Shown here piece after piece: positions 39,801-52,444 of a DNA stretch of 64,000 nt. Position 1 is the first letter of the stretch; the number at the start of each line of letters is the position of its first letter. The translations under genes were made by a program, and so were the position numbers. The stretch is from Galemys pyrenaicus (lineage: Eukaryota), in assembly GCA_019455555.1 (NCBI GenBank), contig JAGFMF010011380.1:14974053-15038052 (forward strand), in the 5' to 3' direction. A model generated the notes under the pieces. It was given only the letters and a program-made list of their open reading frames with translations. It was not told the origin of the DNA and made no database searches.

Positions 39801-40469
39801 GATACCTTTTTAAACTCAGACTTGGGCATATTGTTACATAGTTGACTGCCTAGGAAGGTCTATCTGCGTATTTATTATTTATTCCTTAAAAGTCATCAAA
39901 TAAGTATAGATAGTATTAGTTGCTTAAATTTCTGGTTACAGAAAACCTTAGGCTGTGTTTAGATATGAGCATTTTTTTTCTCTTAACACTTCATATATTT
40001 TCACATTAACTTCTTCACCCAATTTTAATCTTAAAATTAATTACAAGCACTTTTTGTGTAAAGTGGTGTCATAATGTCACTAGTTATGCATTAGGTTTCT
40101 TGTTATGCAGTTACATGCTTTGTTTCATATTTGACATCACATTAGGCAGCTGTTCAGAATCAGAAAATTATAGTATATTTTGTGTATCAACTAAAACTTC
40201 ATAAATTTAAAATCTAAATATGTATACCACTGAATGAAGTCATGTGTGTAGTAGCTCACAGTAATTTTTATTAGTGTTCACTACAACGCAGCATACAGTA
40301 AACCTGATTACCTCTTTTTACAGAACTCATGATTGTTCTTGAACATTAAATTGAAGTGCAAAAGAGTAAATAATTGACAACTAGAATTTCACTAAATTCT
40401 GGCAATTTGCTTTCCAGATTTAAGTAAAAATGCTTTATTGCAGTAAGTTGTAGTTTCACAGTTTTGAAA

Positions 40470-40560
40470 GGTTGAGAACTTGTTAAAATAATCCTCAGGC
40501 CCTCTACAATACAGGGGTAGGACCCAGCAGTTTGTGTTCTAAGCCCTCAGGGCTTCAAGA
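40470..40560. repeat. MER5-like ancient repeat fragment (left partner of an inverted pair)
   Basis: ggttgagaacttgttaaaataatcctcaggccctctacaatacaggggtaggacccagcagtttgtgttctaagccctcagggc resembles …ggggtggggcccagcaatctgtgttttaacaagccctccagg. Confidence 0.35.
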
Positions 40561-42634
40561 CTCTATATATTAAGTACTAGCATCATTGTGCCATTAAATA
40601 ATCCAGTTATCCATTGGATTTTTGCTCCATTTCCTCTTTTTGTCAGCCTTCACTTTATAAAAGCGATATTTATAGAATAAATTTATAAAACCAACTTAAA
40701 AGTACTAATGACTTTATGAGCAGATACCAAACAGTTTTCATTGCAAGAGAATGGTAATTTAATATGGAAAGATACAATATTTTTTGACTTAGGAATTCCT
40801 TATATTTAAGGTTTTACAAGTTGGAGTGTGCATATTGGATCACAGGAATCTATGAATTCCTTAATAGTGTTTAATGCCAAAAGTATACTGATCTGAAGTT
40901 CTCTATGAAGAATTTTTTATTTATATATTTTTGCATGTAATTTTGGGCAGGGAGTCGTCCGTATTAGGTGAACTTGTGAACCAAATTATTTTGGAAAATA
41001 ATACTAATGTGGTGGTGGTGATTTCTAGTTTTTTGTGCTCATAATCCTCTAATTTAAAATTGAGCATAAATCTTTGTATCTGTAAGTTATAATTGTGTAC
41101 AGTTGTACTAGTATTTCAGCCATAACAATGCACACATTTCCTAATAACAACAAACATATACCCCAGTGAAAATACAGGGTGCATGCTTTCTCTTTGGAGA
41201 ACACTGGTCAAGGTCTTTATAGGGTGAAATAAAGAGAGTTGTTTTCTTGTAAAGCACAGCAGATACGTCTTCCACCTTGGTAAATTTTAGTAGGGTAAAT
41301 TTAGTGTATAAGGTAGCAATCAAAATAACTTTGTAGGATTTTGAACTATAAAGTCTCAAGCTGTGATATACTGAGAATGTGATATACTAAGAATCCAGAC
41401 TTGCTTAGTCTTTGACATAATGGAAATAAAAATAATTTAGTAAAATACTCATTTAAAAATCATTTGCAGACTTGGGAATTTAGTGTTTAGAATTTAAGTG
41501 TTTAATCCAAAACAAAACTAATCTGAATTTTTAGCTAATATTCTTGGAGAAAATAAATGGAGACTCCTTACTGTATGAAAACCAAATGAAGTAGATTTTA
41601 AGTGGTATATTAATGGAAAATGATTAATGATTAAGAACTTTTTAAGAAATGAGCCTTTTTAAAAACTGATTATTGAAATTGGTTTTTTAAAGTTTAATTC
41701 TGACTTTATTATATTCATAGGAGAATAAAAGAAAACATGGATAAGCTACCTGGAATTCAGTTTCCTATATGAACCAGAAGTTCAGAAACTACAAAATGCC
41801 ACTCATTCCTTTCAGGTCAGTGTTTCTTCTAACAGGTTTTTCCTTGCTTTTTAGTTTCTTTTTTCCTTCTTCCTAATGCTATTGATTTAATGAATACATG
41901 TAATGATCCCTGTGCTTCAAACATAAGTGAATAGTTTCTTCGTTGATATTGAAACCTATGCTGTTTTGCCTGTCTGGTATATTCCTGGTTTTCTCAGGGT
42001 CACTGCATTAGGGTGGATTCTAGTTTTAGCTCTAAATTGTTCTGTTTTCCTCACTGGTAGTAATGTGTAAAACTAAGCTGAAAATAGAAGTGACTTATTT
42101 ACTAAGTCTCTTTTGCAGAGTGAAAAAGTATTTCCTTCTGATTTTTAGTGGTCTAAAACCTTAAATTTTAGCCATAGATTCCTCTGGAAAATTTGTCTTA
42201 AAATGCTTTTGTATCACAGAATCAGACTTATGTAAGGGGTGCTAGCTCTATTTCTGCTCTTGTACATTTTAAGTTTAGTGAACATTGTATATTTACGACA
42301 GAATTCTGATGGCATACTGATATCCGAAAAGATTCAGAAAGTATTATGTATATTTTTTGCCTACACACAACACATATTTAGTGATGATAACCATTTGGTT
42401 CACAGATGTGGTCTGGGGATCAGGAGCATCTGCTTGAGAGCTCCTTGGAAGTACAGAAGTCAGGATACAGCAGAACAACCAAACAGACTGCCCAAATAGA
42501 GTCCAGGAACTTGGGAGCACATTGTGAAAAGCAGTAATGTATCCCCCTACATTTAAGAAGTATCAACTTTTAAAAGTATTTGACATTTAACATAGCACAG
42601 AAATGTGACAGAAGCTGACCTGCAGGCCAGTATC

Positions 42635-42760
42635 ATTATCACCTGGGAATTTAGGAATGTACATTCTCAAGTGCCATCCTTTGTCAGCTGGGCCTGGGGA
42701 TGGGGTTTAGAAATGTTTTGTTAAAAAATCCTTCAGGTAATTATGGTTTCAACTACATAG
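42635..42760. repeat. Ancient nonautonomous DNA-transposon-like fragment (resembles the MER5/hAT-Charlie-type element)
   Basis: cacctgggaatttaggaatgtacattctcaagtgccatcctttgtcagctgggcctggggatggggtttagaaatgttttgttaaaaaatccttcaggtaatt resembles the widespread motif …ggaatttgcatttctaacaagttcccaggtgatgctgatgctgctgg… The family assignment is from memory. Confidence 0.35.
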
Positions 42761-43187
42761 CACTAAGGAATTACTCATAAGAAAATGAGAAACACCCTTT
42801 GATGTTTACAGAGGACTAATTTTAAGATAGTTTCTCTGGTCACAGATCAGAACTATGGCAGTATGTGGCCATAACAGATCTTAGAAACCCTATCGAATCT
42901 GTTGTTGGTGCTTAAGTATTTCCAGATTCATTTTGGCAAGAAATGAATATTGTTACTAATTTGAAAAAACTGCTTTCACTATCAATTTTATTTTCTAGTC
43001 AGAGGTTCATTTCAGAAGAATACTAGCTTTTATTATCTTTACAAAGGTTACGCTAATTCTAATAATGGGCAATAGCTTGACAGATTCCTCCTCCTTAATA
43101 GTTTTAGAGCACTGCAGCTCTCCTGCCCACCTGTGACTATGCAGCTACCTCGTTTTCTCTTTACCTGTTATTTTAACATGTAAAAAA

Positions 43188-43456
43188 GGGCCTTCCTGGT
43201 GGCACAAGTGGTTAAGTCCCAACACTATGAAGCTTTCTGCAGCCACTGCAGTATATTTGGTGCCTGGCCAGGGAGCTGACTTACTTGACACAGCAGACTT
43301 CTCCTGTCTCACCTGCTACTCCCCTCAGTAGTGTATTTCAGTAAATCCACCTATTCTGCTTCCCACTGAGTCCTATCTCTGAATCTTCTCACCACCCCCA
43401 ACCATCTGGTCCATACCATAGTTCTTATATGCATAAATAAATCTTTAAAAAATAAA
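43188..43456 (+). mobile_element. tRNA-derived SINE copy, diverged, + orientation
   Basis: gggccttcctggtggcacaagtggttaagtcccaacactatgaagc … tatgcataaataaatctttaaaaaa. The flanks aatgtaaaaaa are similar on both sides. Confidence 0.7.
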
Positions 43457-43565
43457 TGTAAAAAAAAAAATAAAAAACCACTGAAATTTTTAACATTGTC
43501 CCTTGAAACAGTAGTTCTCATGCTTGTAAGTGCAACAGAATCTCCTAGTATATTGTGCTTTTTTG

Positions 43566-43788
43566 AAAAAAATTATGCATACAAGAACTAGGGTTTGGGC
43601 CGGAGGTGTCAGGGTGTGAGAGGATTCACCAGAGACAGGGATAGATTGGGGACCAGAACAGGTTAAACAGGAGAGGTCTGCTGTACCATGTGGGTCACCT
43701 CTCTGGCGGAAGATGGAACTTGTGCTGCAGTGGCTGTGATGCTTCATAGTGCGGTGCTTACCAATCCTTGCACCGTCAGGGAGGCCCC
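43566..43788 (-). mobile_element. tRNA-derived SINE copy with internal deletion
   Basis: attatgcatacaagaactagggtttgggccggagg … caccgtcagggaggcccc, with about 45 bp missing internally. Confidence 0.65.
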
Positions 43789-43900
43789 GAGGACTGTTTT
43801 AGAACACAAACTGCTGGACCCTACCCCTGTATTGTAGAGGGCCTGAGGATTATTTTAACAGATTCCCACGTGGTTCTGTTCTTACTGAACCAGTTTCAGA
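43789..43900. repeat. MER5-like ancient repeat fragment (right partner, inverted)
   Basis: Its reverse complement matches 40478-40535 with only about 2 mismatches over about 58 bp. Confidence 0.35.
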
Positions 43901-45899
43901 GACATGGCTTTTACAGTAATAACATGTTTAACTCTTAATCTGCATATGAGCTTACTACTACATAATAACAGAAAAATAAGGAGAATACTGAAGAAAACTT
44001 TACTGGTCAGATATACTCAATTCTTGAATATTTTTTAGACTTGTTCAGTGATTCTAATGATCAGCAATTTTTTTTAATATCTTGAAATGTCTAAGTTCTT
44101 CACTTAAAACATACTATGAATATTACTGTTTACTGAAAAAGAATGTCTTGTTTTCAGGTGAAATCATTTATGGAAAAATCTTTTTTACTGACCCACGAGA
44201 AAGAAGTCAGAACACAAATCTTATTTCATTTGTTAAATTTATTATTCCAGCCAACAAATGGATATATAAATAACTCCTGACATTTAAATGTTTTGCCTCA
44301 TGGACAAATTTTCTGTTTAAAATGATTTCTCTAATTATGCAAACTACATTTTCTTTCATCTGCTTGATGTTGAAAAGTACTATGGTAGCTGCCAACACAG
44401 AGAATAATCAACTATACACCACACAACTCCCCCCCCCCCCATAAATGGCCACTATTACATTTTTTATCATACCCTGCAATTCTATGTCAGTCCCCATAAG
44501 TTTTGTAATACTGAGAGAAATGTTTTCACTAAACTATATAAGCAAATATGGGGGATGAGCAAAGGCAAAAAGGAATTTGTATTGGAAAATAATTTTCTTC
44601 CAAATTCATGCAAATACTAGATTTAGTTTCCAGCTGAGGGTCCTTTGAAAGCACAGGGTGAATAAGATTATTCCCAATTTTCTTTTAGTTTGGTCCTGAG
44701 TTGTGAACCCACATTGTTACTACAGCTTATTAGTAAAACTTTTCTGTACTTGGAGTCAGGTACCTAGACATAGATTCAGGCCTACAAATCTCAGATTTAC
44801 TATAAAAGGGTCATTGTGTGCATGTCAGACCAAATGTGGTATGGATTCTGTCTGAATTTACTTAGGACTAAGTTTTAAAACAAAAACATTAACTGTATAA
44901 AATACTAATTTGAAAGACATAAATCACTTCCCATATACTGGTATGTGTGTCCTATCTTCTCTCATATTTGCTAACCATGCTTCATTTTTAAAATGTTTTT
45001 CTTAGACTGTTTCATTGTTAACATTTTGGATGCTAAACTTTACAAATACTAGCGCCGTAGTTCAACATTAAAAGGTATTAGTGTAACACTGAGTAGAAGT
45101 CTACTGAGCTGAGCCAGAGCTTCAACTTGTAAACCTCCTTTTATGCCACAAAATATTATTTTTCATTTGCAAGTGCTTTCTATAGCCATAATCATTGGAA
45201 TCAAAAATACCTGAATTATCTCAATATACATTAAATAATTGGAATGGCTGAGTGTTTTTTAAAGTTCAGATAAAGTTGGTAGTAACAGTGGTATATTAAT
45301 TGCTTTTCTAGCCAAAGAATGATATATCCTATTCATAATGATTTTTAAGATATCACAAGGACCTTGATTTTTAAAATGCTTAAGGATGTTTTTGTATTGT
45401 TAACACTTGAACTGAAGTTGCAATACTAACCATATCTGAAGAAAATGGCTTTAAGGAAGGTGTCACTATAAGCATTATCTGATCTGATTAAAACAACTGT
45501 ATTTGATAGCCCTGTTATATTCCTAGTAGATAACACAAATGTATATAGTATTTACCACAACATCTACCACAAAACTGGCAAAAGCTAATGTAGACATCTC
45601 AGGTACTTTCCTAAGGGTATCTCAAACTTTTAATTTTCATTCCCTTAACAGTCAAATTGCTCACTTCACCTGTAATATTCACTTGTTAGAAAGTTGTCAT
45701 TGCTAACTAAACTTTTTCACAGCCTAAACTTTGAAGGAACCTGTTTAAAGATTTTATTTGGTTTTCATCTGCACTGTTACTAAGTAATCTTTTTTTTTTT
45801 TTTAGGTGCACAATTCAAACAGTTCAGAAAGGTCAGTACTAGATGACATTAGCTAGCTAAAACATAAGTTTACTACCAACCTTGAAGTCTTGAGAGGAG

Positions 45900-46700
45900 A
45901 TACAAAGAAAATTGCCAGACATTGTGGTGTTTTACTGCGAAAACTAGAAAAATGCAGCTTCAGGATGTAAAGTAAAAAAGAGTTCTCTAAATCAGGAGAA
46001 ATGTTGGTGAAAATACGGAGAAAAAGGAAATCCTCATGCAATGTTGTAAGAATGTAGACTGGTGAAGCCGCTATCGAAGACAATGTGGAGGGCTCCTCAA
46101 AATATTAAAAATACACAAAGCAGTAAACTCACTCATAACTGGAAAGCGAAAAATACTATAATTTGAAGGGCTGTATGCATTCCTATGTTTACTGTAGCAC
46201 TGTAAGAGCCAAGTTATGGAAACAGCCTAATTGCCAGCTGATGAATGAATTCAGAAGATGTGGGATATAAACACTTTTACTCAGCTAACAAAAAAAGATG
46301 AGCTCTTGCCATCTGCAGCAGTGTAGGTGCAACTGGAGGGGGTTATGTTAAGAAAAGCCCACAAGAAGAGAGAAAATACCAGGTGGTTTATTCAACTGGA
46401 ATATTTAAACAAAGGGCTGATACAGCCAAGCTAACAACAAACTAGAAATGTGACACTAGGGGTGGGAGTGGGGGTGTTGAGAGCAAAGAGTGATAGGGCA
46501 TCCATGGACTGTTGTGGAATTACAAATGCTTTTGCAGTGGGTATTGTATGGAAAAATCTAAATAGGTGAGCACTTACCTTGATAGTGTTGTAAACCAATA
46601 TTACCTTGGTGATGTCTATAACAAAGTGTGATCAAACATGACATTCTTAAAATATTTCATTAAAATTTTAATTATAAAATAACCCAGATTGAGTCAAATT
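45900..46700 (+). mobile_element. LINE-1 3' end fragment (ORF2 C-terminus and 3'UTR), sense on +
   Basis: The sequence gagaaatgttggtgaaaatacggagaaaaaggaaatcctcatgcaatgttgtaagaatgtagactggtgaagccgc matches the conserved L1 ORF2 C-terminal block (GEDVEK…CWWECK…). It ends in an A-rich tail near 46690. Confidence 0.65.
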
Positions 46701-46726
46701 CATTAGTTTGTGATCTCTTAACACCT

Positions 46727-46990
46727 GGTCAGGGCCTCCCTAGAGCCGTAGGGGTTAAATCTCACACTGTCACCTCTACAGCCTGACTCTGATTCCATGC
46801 CAGGAAGCTGACCCACATGGCATAACAGACCCCTCTTGTCTTGCCCACTACTCCCCACAGCAGCGTATCACAGGAAATTTCGTCCTGCTCCCTACTCTCC
46901 CTCTGGTGAATCCTTTCCTACCTACCCCCCACTGCCACCTCACCCCACCTCTGGCCTGCACCCCAGTTCTATGCAAAAAAGGAAAAACTG
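46727..46990 (+). mobile_element. tRNA-derived SINE copy, heavily diverged, + orientation
   Basis: ggcctccctagagccgtaggggttaaatctcac … cctgctccctactctccctctggtgaatcctttcc … cccagttctatgcaaaaaa. Confidence 0.5.
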
Positions 46991-47039
46991 GTTCAAATAG
47001 CTACACTCCACACATAAAGGGACTTTTTTTCTAAAAGAT

Positions 47040-47292
47040 TGATTTATACACACACAACTGGGGTATAGGCCAGAGGTGTGGGGATGGGGGCATAAGAGGA
47101 TTCACCAGAGACACAGTGGGGAGCAGAACAGGCAGATCTACTGAAATATACACTGCTGAAGGGAAGTACAGGCTAGATGGGAGGTCTACTGCACCAAGTA
47201 GGTTGGCTCCCTGGTCAGACAGAGGTGGTGCTGTAGTGGCTGCAGATAGCTTCATGGTGCTGTCTTAACCCTCTGAGCCACCAGGGAGGCCC
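47040..47292 (-). mobile_element. tRNA-derived SINE copy, older subfamily
   Basis: acaactggggtataggccagaggtgtgggg … ctctgagccaccagggaggcccc. Confidence 0.7.
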
Positions 47293-48660
47293 CACAGAGG
47301 GACTTCTAATAACTTATGGGCTGGCATACTACATTGACAGTCCTGCGGTTTGGGATTAGACTGAAGAGCTCCTAGGTATTTTAGAGACGACCACAAATCA
47401 GAGACTCACTGAACAGGAGGTAGGTGGAAAGAAATGATTCCAGGCCAAGGAACAGGAATGGGGCAGAGCAGTGTGCTTATTATTAGCAGGAACCTTGGAG
47501 AGAGGAAATGATGTTAAGGCATATAACCTTCACTGAAGTGAAATGCACATGAAATGCTGGGGTGCTTGAGACAAGTCAGGTTCCTGGAACACAGAAGGGA
47601 CATCAACATTGCTACAGATGTGAGCTAGACACCCTCTTAATGACATTAGCACCAGTGACTGAACTTTGGGCCTCTACCATACCCTGCTTGATTCAGCAAG
47701 TATACAAGTAGGTCTCAATAATACCTGAGAATTAAGAAGAAAGCATCACAAACCTAGAAAAGGAACTGAATATACAAGTTATGAAGCTAGAAGAACCTTT
47801 CCCTAAATGCAGTTAAGACCTACAAAGAGGCATGGAACACTGAGTTCAAGAAGAAACTACTTAAGGTGGTTAATGGAAAAACCATATTAAGTTAAAGGTG
47901 TTCCCCTCAGATTTCAAAGCAGGCAGACACTAGAAGCCATGAAAGGATGGAATGATATGTTCAGAGTAACCAAAAACTGCCAGTCAAGAGTGCTTAAATA
48001 TCCTGTAAGACTTTGAGAAAAGAAGGGAAAAGGTCTTCCCTGACAAATGTTTCCCAACACTAGACTGCCCCCAGAAGAAACACCAAAAGAACATCTGAGT
48101 CTAAGAAAGTCCATGAAAAACTGAACAAATATAGATAGATGAATAAAGTCAGAATCCAAAAGATAACAATGGCAGTAGCAAGCTTTCACAAAATAATTAA
48201 CCTTAATGTAAATGGATCGAATTCACTAGTCAAAAGAAACTGGCCAGTTGAAAATAAAACCTCTCTAAGGCATGAAGATAGACAGTTTAAAGTCAAGGAT
48301 GGAAACTGGTACTCCAAGTGAATGGAAAATTCCTTAAAGCAGGAACAGCTCAACTTATATTGACTTCCAGCCAAACAATGCAAGAGACAGAGATGAACAT
48401 TATGTAATGATAAAGGATCAATGTAATAGGAAACCATAACAAGTATAATATATATGTACCCAGTATAGTGACACTGAAATACGTAAACCAAGTATTAATA
48501 GCTAAATGCAGACATCAATAGAGAGCTCTAACACTCCACTTGCAGCAATGGGCATATCCAGAAAGAAAATTACTATGGAAAACAATGACCTTAAATGACA
48601 AATTGGAGACTGACTTAATATTCACGGAACATTCGATCCCAAACCAACAGAATACACTTA

Positions 48661-48912
48661 AAAAAAATTATTTATGCATGCAAGAGCTGGGATACAGGCC
48701 AGAGGTGCAGGTAGGGGGTGAGAGAACTCACCAGAGACAGAGTGGGGAACAGAACAGGCAGACTGACTGAAGCACACTGCTGAGGGGAGAAGGCAGGAGA
48801 GTCTTGCTGCACTGTGTGGGTCACCTTCCTGTCTGGGATCGAACTCATGCTTGCAGAGGCTGCAGGTGCTTCATAGTATGGTGGTTAATCCCTTGCCCCA
48901 CCAGGGAGGCCC
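48661..48912 (-). mobile_element. tRNA-derived SINE copy nested in L1 ORF2
   Basis: TSD cagaatacac at 48649-48658 and 48913-48922. Confidence 0.8.
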
Positions 48913-49042
48913 CAGAATACACATTTTTTTAAAACACTTATGGAATATTCTTAAGAAAACACTATTTTGGGACAGTCACATCAAAAAGAAGACCTTGGAA
49001 TAAATTTAACCAAAAGTCTGTTCACAAAAAATTCAAGACTTG

Positions 49043-49290
49043 GGCCTCCCTGGTGGTGCAGTGGGTTAAGCAACACACTATGAAGCAAACCACAGCCACT
49101 GCAGCATGAGTTTGATCCCTGCCCCTGGCCAGGGAGGAGACCCACATGGCACTGCAGACCTCTCCTGCCTAGCCCAGTGCTCCCCTCAGCAGTGTATTTC
49201 AGTTAATCTGCCTGTTCTGTTCCCCACTCTCTCTGGTGAGTCCTCTCACCTCCGACGACTCAGGCCTGTATGCATAAATAATTAAATCTT
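49043..49290 (+). mobile_element. tRNA-derived SINE copy nested in L1, + orientation
   Basis: TSD aaattcaagac at 49029-49040 and 49288-49298. The head is gggcctccctggtggtgcagtgggttaagcaacacactatgaagcaaacc. Confidence 0.85.
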
Positions 49291-49770
49291 TAAAAAAAAA
49301 TTCAAGACGTGATTGAAGCATACAGGAGAGATAGAAAGTTACTCCATATTGGATTTACTAAATGAAAGTCCTAACAATCCAAGTGTTATTCTTCACAGAA
49401 ACAGAAAAGGAAAATAATGGAATCCATTTGGAATGAGTAACCAAAACACTCCTGAACACTCCTTGACTTTTAACTACAAAACAATGGTAACCAATACAGT
49501 TTGTATTGGAATAGAAATAGAATACAAATAGATACAAATATGAAACAACTGAGCAAGGGAAATTTCTTCAGTAAATGTGACATGAAAGAATGAAACTAGA
49601 CTGCTATATATAGAAATTAATTAAAAATGGAATAAAGACTTGGATTTAAGACCTGAAAGCCGAAAATATTAGCAATATGTTGCAGACCAGTTTTGAGGAT
49701 GCGTTTGAGGACTCCATTGACATGGGAAACAATCAAGAATGAGACTCCAACTACTAGAAACTGCACAACA

Positions 49771-50032
49771 GGGGCCTCCCTGGTGGTGTAATGGGTTTAA
49801 GCAACATGCTGTGAAGCAAAGCAGTGTTGCAGCAGGAGTTCAATCCCTGCCACTGGCCCGGGAGGAGACCCACATGGCACTGCAGACCTCTCCTGCCTTG
49901 CCTGCTGCTCCCCTCAGCAGTGTGTTTCGCTCAATCTGCCTGTTCTGTTCCCCAGTCTGGTGGGTCCTCTCACCCAACCCCCATACCTCTGGCCTGTACC
50001 CCAGTTCTATGCATAAATATTAAAAAAAAAAA
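49771..50032 (+). mobile_element. tRNA-derived SINE copy nested in L1, + orientation
   Basis: ggggcctccctggtggtgtaatgggtttaagcaacatgctgtgaagc … an A11 tail. The flanks gaaactgcacaaca and gaactacacaaaag are similar. Confidence 0.75.
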
Positions 50033-51852
50033 AGAACTACACAAAAGAAACCTACATCAAAGCAAAATGAAATATACTACAGAATTGAAGACAATATTTT
50101 AACATCATATGTCTGATAGGGTTAATTTTCAAAGAACTAAAATTCAAGAAGAAAAAGCCCAATGAAAAAGAACAATTCTCCAGAGATGTCATACAGATGG
50201 CCACTATGTACATGAAAAGATGTTCATTATCTCTATTAGAGAAATGCAAGTGGAAATGAGATTATACCTGAGAGAGTATGCTATACAAAAGACAAGGAAA
50301 AGCAGATGTGGAGAGATAAGAATCCTTATATACTATTGGTAGGAATGTAAACTGGTGTAGCCATTATGGAAAGCAGTATTGGAGAGTCCATAAAAAATTA
50401 CAAATATAAAATCTAAATCCAGATACTCCACTTTTGGATATTTATCCAAAATTTACAAAAATAGTAATTCTAAGAGATATATGTACTCTTAAATTTACTG
50501 TGGCACTATTTACAACAGCAAGGGTTGGGAAAAACCTAAGTTCCCATCAACTGGCAAACAGGATGATTTGGTATATACAAAAGGGGCTACTACTCAGTGT
50601 TCTTTCTCCTCTCCCTCTCTGTAAAAAGATGAGATTCAGCCAATTACAACAATATGGGTGTACTTACAGGGAATTGTGCTTAGTGAAATAAACTAGAGAC
50701 AAATAGCATTCACTCATGATACGGAAAAAACAAAACAGATGAGTTACATAAAACAAAAACACATAGAATATAAGTTCAATTAGTGGTAATCAGAAGGGGT
50801 GGTTTGGAAGGAGGTAGGTAAATCAGGCTAAAGAAAATGGTATGGTGAAGGATAGACTTGAACTTTTAGTAATGAACTTAATATTTACAGTTTATTCTCA
50901 ACAATGAACACTTGAAACAATATAAGTTTATGTTAAATTTACATTTAAATTTACCAATAAATTTACTTCAAGAAAAAATAGTCCTGTCAGGAATCTACAA
51001 AAGCACTAACTTTACAAGAGGCACAGTGTAGAGAGGCTTAGCCAGGATGGAAAGGCTGGCCTTCCCAGTGTTAAAAGGGCATGGGAGTTGGCTTTTCAAA
51101 ATTACTTGACGGGTTTCATAAACAAGGACAAGAATTCACATGTAATAATCCCTTTTTAGGTCTAACAATGTCCTGGTTTACAGTTTTTGCTGTATTGTAG
51201 ATTCTAATTTTTTCATCATGTTTCCTTTCCAAATAAAGGATAACTGCAAACATACAAAGTTGCTGCCTCCAACTCAGGAAGGGTGAGAATTGTACATTAA
51301 AACCAGATCAGAACCTCCCCTTGAAAGCCTTTTCTCCCTGCCCTGCCATTCCCTCCAGCTCTTGATCTGACATACCATAGAGCAGTGATGCTTCAGTGGT
51401 ATTAAACCCACACTTTAGTGCTTGGGCAACTTGAATGTAATGTACTTCCTCCATTTGTTGTAAAAGCAAATAAAAGTATTACTCTTAGTTTTTTTGTTTT
51501 AAAACACAGAAATTCACCAGGGCTTATAGAAAACTTCAAGTTAAAAAAAACTATTAATTTTCTTAAATAATCTTGTATGTACCATTCCACATTGTGGAAA
51601 ACTGATATATGCAGTCTGGACACAACACTGAAATTTCAGAATACCGACACACAAGTCTGTATTTCATAATATATTAGAACTACCGTGTCCCATCTTACAG
51701 ATGACAACAGATAGAAGGCCTCAAACTGTAAGAGATTTACAGATGAAACTTTAAATCTGAAAACATGAGCTGTGTTGAATTCCAAACTGCTTCGAGGAGG
51801 GTATTTACCAATATGTCTGAAAAAAACTCCATCGCAATCCTTTCTGCTTGGT

Positions 51853-51893
51853 TATTGCAGCTGCACTCTGTATGCACCTATCAGCAATTTCAC
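51853..51893 (-). CDS. MPHOSPH8: MPHOSPH8 terminal coding segment: VKLLIGAYRVQLQ* (3'UTR continues to lower coordinates)
   Basis: Minus-strand acceptor tcaatag|GTGAAATTG, with stop TAA at 51853-51855. No canonical AATAAA was found on the minus strand within about 800 nt downstream, so the poly(A) site is unresolved. Confidence 0.8.
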
Positions 51894-52360
51894 CTATTGA
51901 AAGAAGAGATACATGTATATCAGTGCAATAGCAGAGTTCCCTTTCTCAGGAGAAGAAAAAAAAGAACAGCCAAGATTTACTTTTGTTATTCTCCATACTC
52001 TGACTGTTAACCATTTGGGTTGTTACCATTTTTTTAATTAAAAAAAAATCCAAGTACACATATAATTTTTAGATCGTATTAAATAACTATTCTAGTCCAG
52101 CTTTATTTTACCAAGAGCAATTAGCACAGAAAGCAATTAAATACCAAAGCCTAGGAGAACACAACCCAGATTCCTAGAAATGCATTTTTCTTCACACGCT
52201 CTTTATATCTTATCTAAGCATTTTAAATTTTAATTTTAAATGGACTAGGGAGTACTTCTCACCAGGATACAAACATAATTCTTGAAATAGTTTTCTAATG
52301 ATGATGATAATCTGGACAACAGTTTGAGTAATAAATACTATGAGGAGAGTATTTCTTCAC

Positions 52361-52444
52361 CTTAGCAGAGGGTGCTTCTGTCAATCTTATAAAGAGTTTA
52401 TTGATGCCTGCAGCAGGGCTGAATGAGTACACAAAATGACTGTC
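52361..52444 (-). CDS. MPHOSPH8: MPHOSPH8 coding exon: DSHFVYSFSPAAGINKLFIRLTEAPSAK
   Basis: Minus-strand acceptor tccgctttag|GACAGT and donor GCTAAG|gtgaag. It is 84 nt, phase 0. Confidence 0.85.

Larger units (their letters stand above)
47293..50996 (+). mobile_element. LINE-1 element (ORF1 end, ORF2 and 3'UTR, degenerate) on +, interrupted by three SINE insertions
   Basis: ORF 48139-48321 (…INLNVNGSNSLVKRNWPVEN…) is the L1 ORF2 endonuclease N-terminus. Region 50100-50700 contains the ORF2 C-terminal motifs (MQVEMRLYL…, GRNVNWCSHYGKQYWRVHKKL), followed by a 3'UTR ending AATAAA…A-rich at about 50990. There are many stop codons. Confidence 0.7.

Noticed and set aside
41740-41820. Exon-like segment with acceptor ttcatag|GAG and donor TTTCAG|gtcagt
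   Set aside because: All three frames contain stops within about 30 nt. At best it is a noncoding exon, and there is no support.
48139-48321. 60-aa + ORF
   Set aside because: It is the L1 ORF2 N-terminus of the degenerate L1 at 47.3-51.0 kb.
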